From assembly GCA_951406725.2 (NCBI GenBank), contig OX597814.1, positions 160,642,001 through 160,706,000 on the forward strand: a stretch of 64,000 nt of DNA. Direction: 5' to 3'. Position 1 is the stretch's first letter. Each line of letters starts with the position of its first letter. The notes beneath the pieces are model-generated. The model was given only the letters and a program-made list of their open reading frames with translations. It searched no databases and was not told the origin of the DNA. This document shows positions 52,101 through 63,810 of the stretch, piece after piece. The DNA comes from Octopus vulgaris. Its lineage: Eukaryota. A program made the translations under genes and the position numbers.

Positions 52101-55100
52101 TGAAAGGCAAAGTCGACCTTGGCGGAATTTGAACTCAGAACGTAACGGCAGACGAAATACGGCTACGCATTTCGCCCGGCATGCTAACAAGTCTGCCAGC
52201 TCGCCGCCTTACAGGATATTATTGGCTCCCAGTTACAATAGAAGGCACAAGCTCCAGGTGCCCCAGTGGCAAGGACTCAACACGTTATGGGCAAGAAGAG
52301 AACCTCTCAACCACACAACCGCATGTGGCACCTTGCCACAGATGAGCTGAAACCAAAATCATATGTATTCATGGGAAAGTAAAGTATATGTTAAGAAAGA
52401 TATGAATGAACATTACATGTAAATATAGAAGTAGATATTTACCATATTTAGACTGTTGGAAGTCTGCAATGACCCTAAGAATATTATTCATATGTATCCT
52501 CCGTGGATGACTTTCTAGACCTCCTGAGTGTGGATGAGCAACATCTATGTAGATCAAGTCAGTTAGGTGCAACCCTATAATAGAGAATAATTAAATAAGC
52601 ATACAGTATCAAAACAAAGGATATTTTTACATGGTTATCCGAGCTACTAGGAATAGTAGCTAAATATCCTTTAATCATACATCATCATCTTAAAAAGGGA
52701 GGAACATACATATATAATTATAGATATATGATAGTTGGTTAAATTCTGAAATTTTTGAGAATATGCTATAACAACAAAATCGAATTTATATGTAATTTAA
52801 AGAATGTTTCCATGACAGAATTGTTTAAAAAATAAAAAGAAAAGATTAATTCTCTCAAGTAAGAACAGTAAGTATATTCTGTATTCTGAATCAAATGCTG
52901 CTTCATTCTCTGATAAACTTCCTTAAATCTTCTAGAAATGATAAGCCTCTTGATACTTCAGACAAAATTTAGCCTAAGGCTTGAAAGCTAGTGTTGGCTA
53001 ACTGAATAAGCATATCAAACTTACACATACAATTCCATGCACAAAGAAATCTTTGTTTGTTTGTTCAATTGTTTATCATCCAGTTTTCCATGCTAGTTTG
53101 AGTTTCAATGGAGATATATTTGAGGTAGGATTTTTTTATGGTGAGATGTTCATTTTGTTGCTAACTCTTACCCATTTTTCAAGAGATATCTTCATTCCAC
53201 AGGTCTTCAAAAAGCATACAGTGATTGATCATAATGTCAACAAGGAATCAGCACCATTTCTCTCCAGTGATGACAAGCAAAAAACTTTTAAACATTGATG
53301 AACATGAGCACATATACATACATGATGGGTTTCTTGCAGTTTCCATCCACCAATTCCCTTCATATGACATTGATCAGCTTGGGGCTATATTAGAAGACAA
53401 ATGCCCTATGCACCCATGTAATGGGACTGAACTCAAAACCATATGTTACTAAACAAACTTCACAACCACACGGCCATGTCTGCACTTATTAGTTGAAACT
53501 GAACATAACTATTCTACACTAATGTTGTAATCAGTCTATTTATTCACTATATTTTTTTTATCTCCAATAATATTTTACTGAAATATTTTTCAAGTCAACA
53601 ATGCCCCACCCATCAAATAAACAGCCAACAGTAAACACAATTATACAGAAGCACTCAAGTCATAACAATGCATTAATCAAGTCTTGTGTTGAAAACAATA
53701 CATGACATAAAACAGTGCACACTAACCTAAATAAGGAATGCATGGCAATTTGACGTGATCCATGTAATCTCGTAACTTTTGTCGGTTGTTGTTCTCAGAG
53801 AAAAGGTCTGCTATCTTTTCATAGGAGGATTTATCTTTTCGAGACAACATCTGAAAATTTACAGAAAATGAGATTAATGAGGTAACTGATATTAGATATT
53901 TCAGGAATTATATTTATTGGTTAAAAAAAAAAAATCACAAATTATGAAGGTTTCACATATCGTTTTGAAAAATAAGATGTATGAATTAGTAGGTGTAGTG
54001 ACAGGATAATAATAATCATAACAAAGAAAAATAACAATTATTTCTTTAACATTCAGATTACCCTGTCAACTGTAATACTTATTTACATTGTTTTGAATTA
54101 ATTATGCATGCCCTCAATGTGTCGAGATTTCAATGATCTGATTGTTTATTTTTTAGAATAACATTGTAAGGTAAGTGTAAGCAGTCAGATCTGGCCTCTT
54201 TGAACATTTGGTCGTAACATGGCTAGTTCAAATCTGAATGGGTTCCAGCAATGTTCTACTTAAGAAATATTGCCCTACAATTTATCAAATGTTATTTAAT
54301 TTAAGTAATACTCTAATTACAATTAGCTGTCATGATCACCAAGAGTTGTAAATTATAAGTTACAGAAGAAATGGCAGTGCTCATTACCTCTGAGGTCCTT
54401 CCCAAACTGGAATAATTGGAAGGTTTAAATTTATTAATTGCTCATCAAGATTTTCATAATTATTCAACTTGTAAACAAATCTTAACCATTAAGTATTGTT
54501 AGTTAAGAACATAAACCACAACAAAACCTGACCTATTTCTTTAGAGATTCCCACAAATAAAACAACTTTTTCATCACAGATATCTGTGAGCATTCTTGAT
54601 TTTTCAAATCTTCCATGATTTGGATGATGTAAAGTTTCTGACAATATAATCAAAGCTATAAATAAAACTGAAGTGGATCACAGCTGCAGGGAGTATGTTT
54701 TATTGGTAATACAACTAGTAAAATACATTGGCTTCAAATTTTAGCACAAGGTCAGCAATTTTAGAGGGGAGGGGGTTAGTCAGTAACACTGACCATCCAC
54801 GTTTAAGAGGGGATAATATTACCTCTCAGTATTAATATCACCTCAGTCACTAATATATATCTTTTAACAAGCTCACTGGTACTTTATTTTTAATCGACCC
54901 CAAAAGGGTGAAAAGCAAAGGTGACCTCAGCAGGATTTGAAACCTGAACATAAAGAGCCAGAAGAAATGCAACTAAGCATATTGTCAGGCATGCTAACAA
55001 TCATGCCAGCTCACCACCTTTCCCAACCAAATTATTATAATACTAGCTGAACATGTGCCGTCAATAATGATAGATAATTGTAATATTTTATGTACAAAAT

Positions 55101-56670
55101 AAGGTACATAATAATTACACAAACATTAATATACTTCCCTTGTACATACACACACACTCACATTGAATTGAAACGCTGATTCTTTTATTTTTCACCCCTT
55201 CCTTTCTCTCACTCCCTCCCGGTCAAGGCTATTACTCTCACTACTTTTCCTTCACTGAATTACTATTTTCTCTCCTCCATGTCCAGCATGATTCTGAACA
55301 AATATATATATATATATATCATCCTTTAGCATCCGCTTTCCATGCTAGCATGGGTTGGACGGTTCAACTGGGGTCTGTGAAGCCAGAAGGCTGCATCAGG
55401 CCCAGTCTGATCTGGCAGTGTTTCTACAGCTGGATGCCCTTCCTAACGCCAACCACTCCGTGAGTGTAGTGGGTGCTTTTTACGTGCCACGGAGGCCATT
55501 CGGGGCGGCGCTGGCAACAGCCACGATCGGATGGTTCGCTTAACCACAGCTGCAATTTCCATTGATGTTGATCGACTTCGATTTTGGTTCTGCTTTCTGA
55601 TATCTGATCTGATTTGGTTTGATTTTGATTTGACTACAATAATTATTTTGATTTGACTACAATAATTATATATATATTATACAAATATATAAAAATACTA
55701 TGCTCACTATTATGTTAGGAGACTGGTTTTTGAATATATGGTTTCAGATCAAAATTCTTGCAAAACAAATTTTCAAATATGAAAACACGATAATCAAATA
55801 ATTCAGTACCGCTGCTATTGATGACAAACAAATAGAATTTAAAACGTGAACCCATTAGATAATGTAGCCAAAAGATGCTCTTAAGCTGTTTGTTACCACA
55901 TTTCTGTTGGAATACACTGCCTTCGTTTCAATTAATTTTGAAAATTACAAAGAATTTAGTAAACTATGTTTGGGGCATATATTAACAGGAAAATTTGACA
56001 GAAGGTTTTAATTTAGATCACTTTAACACTTTAGCATTTAAACTGGCAATATCCGACCTGGATATTCTAATTGTTTTATGTTCAAACTACCAGATTCAGC
56101 CTCTCACACCTACCCTGCAATGACATTCTAAAAGTAAGCAGTCATCATCATCATCATCATCGTTTAGCGTCCGTTTTCCATGCTAGCATCATTATCAAAA
56201 TCTTGAAGTCATGAGATAATATAGGATTAATTTTATAAAATGCAAATAAGTAAGCATTATATTTAACAAAGGTAATCTGAATGCTAAAGAGTGAAAAAAA
56301 GGATTGTATTGTAGAAGCAGGAGTGGTTGCAGGCAGGTGGATATTAAAGAGGTTGGGTGACAGATTATCACAGAATGCCTTTGGTCTTTTGGGCAAGACA
56401 GTTCAAGATTGACAAAGAGCTTAACAATAACACAAAAGAACCAATCTTAACACAATAGATTAGAAATTCATACCCTCAGAGAAACTTCAAACAAAGAAGT
56501 AAAGGCAGTTACTTGGGTCATAACTGTATGAAATATCTAACTTCTAACTTAGAAATTTATCCTCACATACAGTGCTTTAAATTGCATAAACCAACATATA
56601 AATTCTGAAGAAAACATTGTTTTACTGGGTATTTACTAAAAGAATTTAAATGAAACAATATCTGTAAATT

Positions 56671-56726
<56 letters not shown>

Positions 56727-59700
56727 ATAATGTTCAGTCTGTTTGTTCATTTATTCAATAAAATAAGACTAGTTTCTATAAAACAATCCAAAGACTTCTA
56801 TAACTCATATACACACATATAAAGACATTGAATTCTTTTTCAACCAAAATCTTCCGGTTGGGGAGTGTGTCATATTTTCCTTTCAAAGTAGGAATGGTAT
56901 TTTACATTTTATACTTTGTTTAAAAAAAACAGTTGAGGAGCAAATAATTGTAGGACAGAGATGGGGGCAGGGTAGCAACACTGGCTGAGTCATTAAAGCA
57001 TCAGATAGACTGCATTGCAATATTTTTACCCCAAACCTTTGCATTCAGAGTTCAAATCCTACTGAAGTCAACTTCGCTTTGCAACTTTGCTTTTGAGCTG
57101 ATAAATAACTATCTTCCAATTCTCTGTGGTGTCAATAAATGAAGTAGCAACCCTTGTTCTCCCCAGCTGTCACATCCTGGATGTTCTGCTTGGCCATGAG
57201 TGGGTGAGCCGAAAGGGTACCTACATTTGCTCATGACTACATGGCCAACAGAAATAATTAGCAAGAGCATGGAACATGCAACAAAGTGATCTGCAATTTT
57301 CAGCTGTAATATATATACACACACAAACATATATACCTATCCTGGAAATATCAATGTTGCCTCTTACATAAGTATGAAGTGTAAGACTTACGATGGTAAC
57401 ACTTTTACCCAGGTTATTAATAGCATGATGAAAATGAAATGGCTACAATCAGGAATTAAAACCAGATTTTAAACACAGCTCAGTGTTAGCTTGCCATTAT
57501 TCTATGCCACTTGCCAATTTTTAATTCTTAAAATGACTGAAATTTTACAAAATTAAAAATAAAAACATTAAATGTTGGTTTGTGTGGTTTTGAAATCTGA
57601 CCCATTTTGTAAATAGTACAATGTAGTTTGTTTGTTTGTTTTTTTTTAAACATTGCCTCCCCAGCAGCAGCCACCACCACCACCTCTATAACAGCAACAG
57701 CCCTATGTTCACACTAATGGCTGTCTTGTATTAGATGACAGCATAAAAAAAAAAAGAGTGGTGGGAGTTTAGAATTTCAATTATAAAGAATGAGTGATTA
57801 ACAAACATGCTTTTCTAATAGGGAGCCCCCCTCCTTTTTTTTTCTTTGCTTCATCAATCAATGTATTTTTTTTTAAAACAAGCCTCATGGTCTGTTTATT
57901 TTTGTCCTGTTTTTTTTTTTTCTTTCTCTATTTTGATTAACAGTTCCTACAAAACAGTATCATATTAACAGTATATTAATGAATACTGAAAATAATTTTG
58001 CTGCAATTGTTTTTCTCCAGTGGAAACAAAATATCATGCCACTTACACATGCTAATCTAACTTCTCAACTTCCAGATACTTGCTTTCTGATTACGTCATT
58101 GTCATTTTAAGTGTGTGTGTGTAAATCGAGTTCCAAAGCTAATCTAAATTCCATGTAGTTTGACCAATATTGACATTTTAAAAAATTAGTTGCAATATGG
58201 AATATACTGATTGAATTAGAGCTAACTTGAGTCAGCTCTAATTCTATGATGAAAATATGTTTTAAGCATAAACATCCTCCTGTTATAATGAATCTAGGAA
58301 TACATTATGCAATGTGTCCACTTTTTTCATTATCAAAAGATGTGAATCATAGGGAGATTGAGCTGCTATTTGGATCAGGTTATTTTACATGGTCTCCATC
58401 CAATCAGGCTCCTTGTTATATTGGCTGATGGTAAGTTTTATTGTGGTCATACTAGTGATTCAATGTCTAGAACATTACATAATTGTCACCTGTAAGTCCT
58501 AGTAATATTTCTGTCAATTTAAGAAATTATCTAGGAATTTCATTCTTTTTTGGAGATTATTTCTTTCACTAGTATGTCACCTTCAAGTGAAACTTTCCTT
58601 CTAAGAAAACCATTAACACTAACACTTTACTACTAATCTTGACCTCTACCTAAGCTATATGACAAATTTAACTAGTTATTATCTATCTATAAACATCCTT
58701 TTCTAAAATAGCACAAACCAACCATACATACAAAGAATCTTGATTAGTCAAAAGGAAAATACTTCAACCAAGACAAATTATCACTTGAATATGATACACC
58801 TGTCTACTCCTTTACTTTCAAGCCAGACTGAACCTTAAATAACAAAATTCCACTATCAAACCAGAATAAATGTCTTCACCATCCCTTTCTCTCAATGCAC
58901 ACATACACAATACAAATACATACTTTCTTCCAATCCTTCTCACACAAGCCTTTCCATTTGCCTACAAAACATATAATTCTCAATAACATTATCCCTCATA
59001 TCAAAGGGTATCCTTCTAAAAACTATATAAAGCCACAGTATGATGCCACCTGGTAAGCCAAATCTTAAGTCATTTCAACTTTTTACTTGTAAAACTGAAT
59101 AAATAAATACTGTACCAAAAAGTATTGAATAATCATTCAATTTAATGTTAAATTCTTTTCTGTATAACCCTTCAAACATTAGGCAATATGCTGTGCTGAG
59201 AAAACATGTTAAGCTAAGTGAAATCATAGTCATGGCTGATGCCAGTACCATCTGACTGTCATGTAAAAAGTACTGTCTGAGTGCTGGACCTCACGGATGC
59301 AGAGTGAGGTGACCGAGACCTTTTGTGATATACCATGCTTGTGTAGACCTTTCAAACCAAGTGACATCATAGTCATGGCTGATGCCAGTGGTCACATCAG
59401 TGGCATGTAAAAAGCACCCACTGCATTTGGAGTGGTTGGCATTAGGAAGGGCATCCAGCCATAGAAACCTTGCCAAATGAGATTGGAATCTGGTGCAGCT
59501 CCCCTGCTTACCAGTTTTCAGTCAACAGCCCAACGCATGCCAGCATCAAAAGCAGATGTATGATGGTGATTACATAAAAATACACACACATCAAATGGAG
59601 GAAGAAAGATATGTACTGAGCATCAGATGAATATTAATATCAAAGGGCTAAAACATTAAGAGATATCTCCTTTCAATATATCCACTACCATTTCTCATCT

Positions 59701-61644
59701 TCAGTCTCTACCTATCATTTTCTTTTATTAGCAACATTTGGAGAAAGGAGAAGTGTCCATCAGAGACCATTGAGATTAATACTGTTAATGCTTAATTACT
59801 CATGACAGCCTCAGCTCCTTTACCTCTCTTCTTCACAACATCATAACAAAAAAAAAACAGGAACATGTAGACTCCACATGCCAAACTGCAGGTAACTGGT
59901 CTTGGAAGGTAGTAATTCAGAATAAGTACTGATAAAGAGTAGAGAGATCACTTTAGTCATGTTGCAGACTACCTTCTAGAGAGCCAGTGCCAAAATAAAA
60001 TGCACCCAACCCCCATTGAAAAGTAGTTGGTAATATAAAAAAGATAAAGTGAAGAACTATTGAAAAAAATGTGGACTCCTCAAGTTCAAATGCAGGTTAC
60101 TGGTTTATGAGTACAATAACTCAGAATGAGAACCGATACAGAGTAGAAGGTATTTTCCTATCCAGTTACAAACAATGTCTCTAGAGACAATGGTATGATA
60201 GAATGCATTCAGTCCATATTTTACACATACACAACAGACTTGCCCATTTTGTTTTTCCTGTTTTGTGTCAAATCATGAATGACAATGGCAGGTGATAAGA
60301 CATTGGGAAACCCATCCAACTCGTATAAACATGGGAAAATAAATGTAAAATGATGATGATGATATATATATTTGCTTAAAATTTTAGCACAAGGCCAGCA
60401 ATTTGGGGGGGGGGAGGACAAGCCAATTACATCGACCCAAGCGTTCAACTAGCGCTTACTTTACTGACCCTGAAAGGATAAGAAGCAAATTCAATTTCGG
60501 TAGAATTTGAACTCAGGGCATAAAGACAGACGAAATGCCACTAAGCATGTTGCTCAGTATGCTAACGATTCTGCTAGCTCTCTGCCTTAATGACGACGTA
60601 TTACAAATGTATAACATAGATTGACTCAATCAGAGCTCACTAAGGCAACACAACAAAATATATAAGCAAGTAACTAAAATCAGATGAATTCCACTTACCA
60701 TCCATGTCTTGGACAATCTGAATATTGCAGCACTCTGAAGAGCTGATAACACAGCCATCACTGAGTGTAAATTGTTCATGTCAAGTAATTTCTGAAATAA
60801 CAAAACAAAAAAGCCTTATACATGAGCATATGGGTGTTAATGAAGTTTTACAAATATACTTTTACACGTAGTATATGCACACACATACACATACAGATTT
60901 TAATGAAAAGAAAGCACTTAATCTCCTTGTAGGTTGAGCTTATTCTGTTACTCAAATCTGAAGAGTGGCCATAAAACGGAGCCTCAACTTCAAATAAATA
61001 AACATTAGTGTTCAGTATTTTAATGTTACCCATAAACAGGCCAATTGGAGTTTCTGTGCAGTCAGACAACCTGCAATAAATTAGCAACTAAATCTCCCGC
61101 AAATCTTCGCAACTGTTTTATAAAAGTTAGATCATAGGTCTCTGCAAGTCTGCTTGACTGATGTGGGATTAACCAACAACACTATAACACTGGAGAAATC
61201 CATAGGATATTGTCCTACCATTTAAAGAGCCAATGGGCAAGGAGGGTGCATGTGCTTGTCATGGGCACGTGTGCTTGCCCAGGACATATGTCTTTCTCAT
61301 GAGTATGTGATTGTTATTTGGTGCCATGCATATGTTGAATATGTGTTGTATGCTGCAAGCTGTTTTGTATTTTGCAAATTATACTTATTCTAACTTACAT
61401 GAAATACAACTCCTACCGAAGAAGTCATGATGGATCTTATTTTTTCCCTCCCCCTTCTCTTCACCTCTCGCTCACTCTTTATAGAAGCTTTCCAATCTTC
61501 ATCACTCAATTCAGAATTAAAGAAAAGCAGTTCGATATTAAACAAGAAACTTACTCTGGCTATTTTTATGAAGTGAGCTAATACTTCTGCTCTTGTTTTC
61601 AATGTTAAGCAGCTAAGAATTTCTCTCTGCACCCAGAAATTCAC
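18493..61644 (-). CDS. RALGPS: RalGPS-family Ral guanine nucleotide exchange factor (RasGEF/CDC25 + PH domain), 5'-partial, 13 coding exons in window
   Basis: Exons 61555-61644, 60699-60791, 53727-53850, 52443-52574, 39539-39632, 35013-35198, 30459-30616, 29475-29541, 28107-28209, 25999-26091, 24797-24902, 22757-22848 and 18493-18522 join in frame (1368 nt) with GT-AG boundaries. The peptides match RalGPS1/2 motifs as I recall them: FWVx[92 protein letters not shown][DE]*. Confidence 0.95.
18613..19042 (+). mobile_element. SINE or 5'-truncated LINE with RTE-like 3' tail and internal subrepeats
   Basis: GTGCCGGTGGCACGTAA subrepeats x3, GGCGTTAGGAAGGGCATCCAGCTGTAGAAA, (GAT)n tail; related copies at 55320-55640(-), 33115-33270(-) and 59180-59570(+). 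Confidence 0.75.
19107..19324. mobile_element. piggyBac-like MITE family (ends ...AAATGCTAAAGGG|TTAA)
   Basis: Dispersed ~215-bp element with copies at 47410-47628, 54046-54245 and 56024-56290(-); TTAA at the terminus. Confidence 0.55.
21006..22632 (+). mobile_element. Tc1-family DNA transposon, IR/DR type, full length but inactive
   Basis: TA at 21004-21005 and 22633-22634; ~224-bp TIRs (21006-21229 / 22410-22632) starting CAGTTGC; each TIR has outer and inner direct repeats (GCAGCCAAAATGTTCAGAACGG / GCGGCCAAAATGATCAGAACGG). Confidence 0.95.
21348..22365 (+). pseudogene. Tc1 DD34E transposase pseudogene
   Basis: HTH region with GRPRK, FSDESKF, QDNAPCH-34[10 protein letters not shown]; disrupted by stops (e.g. 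21852, 22243, 22336) and a frameshift near 21950. Confidence 0.92.
22757..22848 (-). CDS. RALGPS: RalGPS exon (PH end): [31 protein letters not shown]
   Basis: gaacag acceptor, gtaag donor, 92 nt, phase 1/0; GNVYK and the PH C-terminal helix tryptophan. Confidence 0.93.
24797..24902 (-). CDS. RALGPS: RalGPS exon (PH): [35 protein letters not shown](G)
   Basis: ttccag acceptor, gtaatt donor, 106 nt, phase 0/1; VSI.GWMV motif. Confidence 0.93.
25999..26091 (-). CDS. RALGPS: RalGPS exon (PH): [31 protein letters not shown]
   Basis: ttatag acceptor, gtaag donor, 93 nt, phase 0/0. Confidence 0.95.
27646..28038 (-). mobile_element. tRNA-derived CORE-like SINE
   Basis: Same family as 5062-5485; further copies at 316-975(+), 520-823(-), 38650-38960(+), 47200-47365(-), 48280-48690 and 53320-53485(-). 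Confidence 0.85.
28107..28209 (-). CDS. RALGPS: RalGPS exon (PH start): [34 protein letters not shown]
   Basis: tttccag acceptor, gtaag donor, 103 nt, phase 2/0; [14 protein letters not shown] motif. Confidence 0.95.
29024..29242 (-). mobile_element. tRNA-derived SINE, same family as the 5.8-6.9 kb array
   Basis: Reverse complement of head plus monomer with an internal deletion; nested in an older SINE (28860-29275). Confidence 0.8.
29475..29541 (-). CDS. RALGPS: RalGPS exon (variable linker): [22 protein letters not shown](R)
   Basis: ttcttgtag acceptor, gtaag donor, 67 nt, phase 1/2; needed to reconcile the phases of the flanking exons; no conserved motif. Confidence 0.8.
30459..30616 (-). 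CDS. RALGPS: RalGPS exon (linker): [52 protein letters not shown]
   Basis: gttacag acceptor (a second in-frame acceptor would start the exon at 30634), gtaag donor, 158 nt, phase 2/1; [10 protein letters not shown] motif. Confidence 0.9.
31076..31486. mobile_element. MITE with 29-bp TIRs and an 8-bp TSD (Merlin- or hAT-like)
   Basis: GGATCTTTTCGGTTTGAACGGCAGTTTTT / AAAAACTGCCGTTCAAACCGAAAAGATCC; TSD GGTATGGG at 31068-31075 and 31487-31494. Confidence 0.9.
35013..35198 (-). CDS. RALGPS: RalGPS exon (linker): [22 protein letters not shown]...[15 protein letters not shown](N)
   Basis: ttttcag acceptor, gtaag donor, 186 nt, phase 2/2; LSL.xEP, SSREDV and HRK..SLG motifs. Confidence 0.92.
35425..36828. 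repeat. Minisatellite, 19-bp GATGAACAGGAGTGATGGT with a 25-bp variant GATGAACTGGAGTGATGGTGACTAT
   Basis: Directly visible ~1.4 kb tandem array with alternating blocks of the two unit types. Confidence 0.97.
38219..38525 (-). mobile_element. Helitron-like fragment (5' part related to 46762-47148)
   Basis: Shares the ACAGACA..TGCCGTT..TATATATAGA end and the TCAAGTTTCA segment with the 46.8-47.1 kb element. Confidence 0.4.
39539..39632 (-). CDS. RALGPS: RalGPS exon (end of RasGEF): [31 protein letters not shown](K)
   Basis: ttttgtag acceptor, gtaag donor, 94 nt, phase 1/2; near-identical to the recalled RalGPS motif [19 protein letters not shown]. Confidence 0.95.
43314..43351 (-). ncRNA. Minimal type I hammerhead ribozyme-like motif (canonical CUGACGA core, weakened stem II)
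   Basis: CUGU-CUGACGA-ACGGGAACAC-GAA-ACUCUGAGU-A-ACAA on the minus strand (RalGPS pre-mRNA sense). Confidence 0.5.
43372..43409 (+). ncRNA. Minimal type I hammerhead ribozyme-like motif (CCGACGA core variant)
   Basis: CUGU-CCGACGA-AUG GGAA CGU-GAA-ACU CUG AGU-A-ACAG; stems I, II and III all pair, with a GUA cleavage triplet. Confidence 0.6.
43709..44188. mobile_element. Foldback/MITE with ~130-bp imperfect terminal inverted repeats
   Basis: 43709-43854 is the reverse complement of 44061-44188 (e.g. ACAGGACAAGTTATTACACCTGTAAAAGTATAGGACAAACTATTACTTCAAGTAAAG). Confidence 0.75.
45271..45305 (-). ncRNA. Minimal hammerhead ribozyme-like motif with palindromic stem III
   Basis: GUUU-CUGAUGA-A-GAGC UCC GCUC-GAA-ACGU-U-AAAU, inside a ~200-bp purine-rich element at 45170-45370. 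Confidence 0.55.
45880..46400 (+). mobile_element. Decayed LINE (CR1/Jockey group) reverse transcriptase C-terminal fragment
   Basis: [26 protein letters not shown] resembles the post-RT helix (..LxxLYKxxVRP..) of these LINEs. Confidence 0.45.
46762..47148 (-). mobile_element. Non-autonomous Helitron-like element
   Basis: On the minus strand it begins TC and ends CTAG, sits between A and T, has a GC hairpin CCCGAGC-AAC-GCCGGG ~10 nt before the 3' end, and has no TSD. Confidence 0.75.
48706..49145 (-). mobile_element. CR1-clade LINE 3' fragment (decayed)
   Basis: Minus-strand peptides [23 protein letters not shown] and [18 protein letters not shown] resemble the ORF2 C-terminus of CR1-like LINEs. 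Confidence 0.6.
51340..51936 (+). mobile_element. maT (DD37D) IS630-Tc1-mariner transposon 3' fragment
   Basis: ORF 51302..51814 has QQDSAPCH followed 37 residues later by NPLD-YYVW; the right end reads ...ATACCCTG|TA; the 5' part is missing and replaced by a CA microsatellite. Confidence 0.85.
51989..52211 (-). mobile_element. tRNA-derived SINE, same family as the 5.8-6.9 kb array
   Basis: Reverse complement of head plus monomer (AAGGCGGCGAGCTGGCAGA ... CCCCTTGTGGGCAGTAGTGAAATA). Confidence 0.85.
52443..52574 (-). CDS. RALGPS: RalGPS exon (RasGEF domain): [44 protein letters not shown]
   Basis: tatag acceptor, gtaaat donor, 132 nt, phase 1/1; overlaps supplied ORF 52369..52572. Confidence 0.95.
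53727..53850 (-). CDS. RALGPS: RalGPS exon (RasGEF domain): [41 protein letters not shown](G)
   Basis: ttttcag acceptor, gttagt donor, 124 nt, phase 0/1; PCIPYLG motif. Confidence 0.95.
60699..60791 (-). CDS. RALGPS: RalGPS exon (RasGEF domain): [31 protein letters not shown]
   Basis: tttcag acceptor, gtaag donor, 93 nt, phase 0/0; classic CDC25 NN..S..A..S.LQS..I.RL..TW motif. Confidence 0.95.
61555..61644 (-). CDS. RALGPS: RalGPS exon (RasGEF domain): [30 protein letters not shown]
   Basis: ttttcag acceptor, gtaag donor, 90 nt, phase 0/0. Confidence 0.95.
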
Positions 61645-63519
61645 CTGAAAAAGAAGAAAAAAGAAGGGCTTACATATGGAAAAAGAGAAGAAAAAATGAA
61701 TACTGGAACGAATATATTTCAGAGTTGTACATGTTTTGCAAAGTATTTGATGAAAGATAATATAATTAAACCAAGGCTGTGGAGCCAGAGTCAGAAGCGA
61801 TTACAGGGTTACTAAGCAGGGAGTCAATAAAAAAGGAACCAAATCTGACTGATTAAATGTAATATAATGCTTTCAAATTTCCAATTTCACAGAAATCAAA
61901 TTATCCAGTTCTACAAATAACTAATTTTAAAATAATCAAATGAGATTTAAAGGTTTCTGTGGAAGAGAATCTGGTTAAAGCAATTTTGTTTCAAAGAACA
62001 TGATGTCAGTAAATTGGGAGATTCAACATATTCAACTCCAATTCCACACATACAGTTTTTTTAATCAATTTTGTAAGATTAAACTTTTTAATCTTCTACG
62101 ATGTAGTTTTATTCCATATAATCTTTCATATTACATCCCTCTCTCTTTTATATTTAAACACTGCTTTAATCTTAATAAGGAAGGGCTATGAATTTAAATT
62201 TAATTACTTTTAAAAATGAACATTTGTTAGGTTGATTTAGGTGCTCAAAAATCTAAAGTACATCAATGTTAAAACTAAAAGACTGAACTCAGAAACAAGG
62301 ACATTCCCAATTTTCCTTTGTCATAGTTTTATAATTTATCACTTTTAATAAAAACAGGCCCCCACATATTTTCAACACTCAAACTCTCACCTTTACATTC
62401 TTATAATTGTAACCCTCCATGTCCATCTCAAATCATATGCATAAAGGACCACATCAGATCATGTGTCCCATATACTCTGCCATTATTCCATTCTGTTCTC
62501 CATTTCCCTCTATTTTCCCCTAGCTATTTGATATCAACATCCATCATTTGCTCACCATTTATTCACCTCTTACTATCCACCATTCATCTCTTCCACTACG
62601 CTCTCATCCCAATTACTGTTTCTACCTTCACATTTTTGCTTTCTTCTCCTGTCACTATTGCTCTCCTCTGATCAGTTCCTCAGCCAAATAGAAAAGACCA
62701 AGTGAACACACACATCATAAAAGGGTGACAACTTCTAATCTTACAGGATACAATACAACTCCACTTGTTAATGTTATCTTGAGATACTCAGTAAAATGGT
62801 TTGTGAACAAATGACGCTGTGGGGATGAAGGGATCTTTTAGTTTTGTCAAAGATATGGCAATCTCCTTGGTGCTAAGACTATGATAAAAGGCACCCAGTA
62901 AACTCTGAAAAGTTGTTGATGTTATGAAGGACATACAGTTGTAGAAATCATTGCCAAAAAGTGAAACTTAGAAGCAAGATGTAGTTCTCCAACCCATCAA
63001 AGAGAACACAAATGATTAACCAAACCATTCCAGCATGGAAAGCAGGCACAAAATGAAAACATGGGGAGAAGAGGAATGTATAGTATTAAGTATCAAAGTC
63101 TTTTTTGCTGTACAGTTTGGTCACGGACACTTATTCCCTGTTATATTCCAGCTTTTATAGATGTACAACAATAGACTGATACATAATTATATATATAATT
63201 AATAATCAATTTATATAATATGATACAGAATACAAAATAAAATGACAATGAATACAATGGTATTGGTGTTTTTTTTTAAAATAAAATAAGCATATAAATA
63301 TTGAAATGAATATCAAAATTAAATAAAAAGTAATTCATAAATATTTAGGAAGTAGAAAATATGATACTGGTTTGCAACAGAGCTGCATATGATCTGATAA
63401 AGACAGGAGAGTCACTAATACAATTGACTTTTGTTGAGGTCTAACTAAATAATCCCAGGACAGAGTACATTTGTACTAATGAGAAATATTTTATAGGAAC
63501 TTTAGAATAATGCGATGAA

Positions 63520-63810
63520 GATGGTGTGGAGTAGGGGTTGACTGGAGTAGGATGGTGTCATAGAGAATGAAGTGGAAGTAGAATAGAGTGATAGAGTGGC
63601 ATAGTATGGAGTGAAGCGACATGATAATAGAGCAGCGTGACTGGCACAAGTGGAGATTTTCTGTGTGAAGTGGTGTTATGTGATGTGGAGTAGTATTACA
63701 GCATGTACAATGGAGTGGCATCTGATGCAGAATGGAGTGGAATGAGGTGCAGAGCAGAGTGATGGCATGAGGAAGAGAGTGATGGTGGGAGCAGTGAGGG
63801 GGACTGAGCA
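63520..63810. repeat. Degenerate GGAGT/AGAGT-type low-complexity repeat
   Basis: Purine-rich pentamer-like periodicity; explains the His/Thr/Pro-rich ORFs on the minus strand. Confidence 0.55.
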
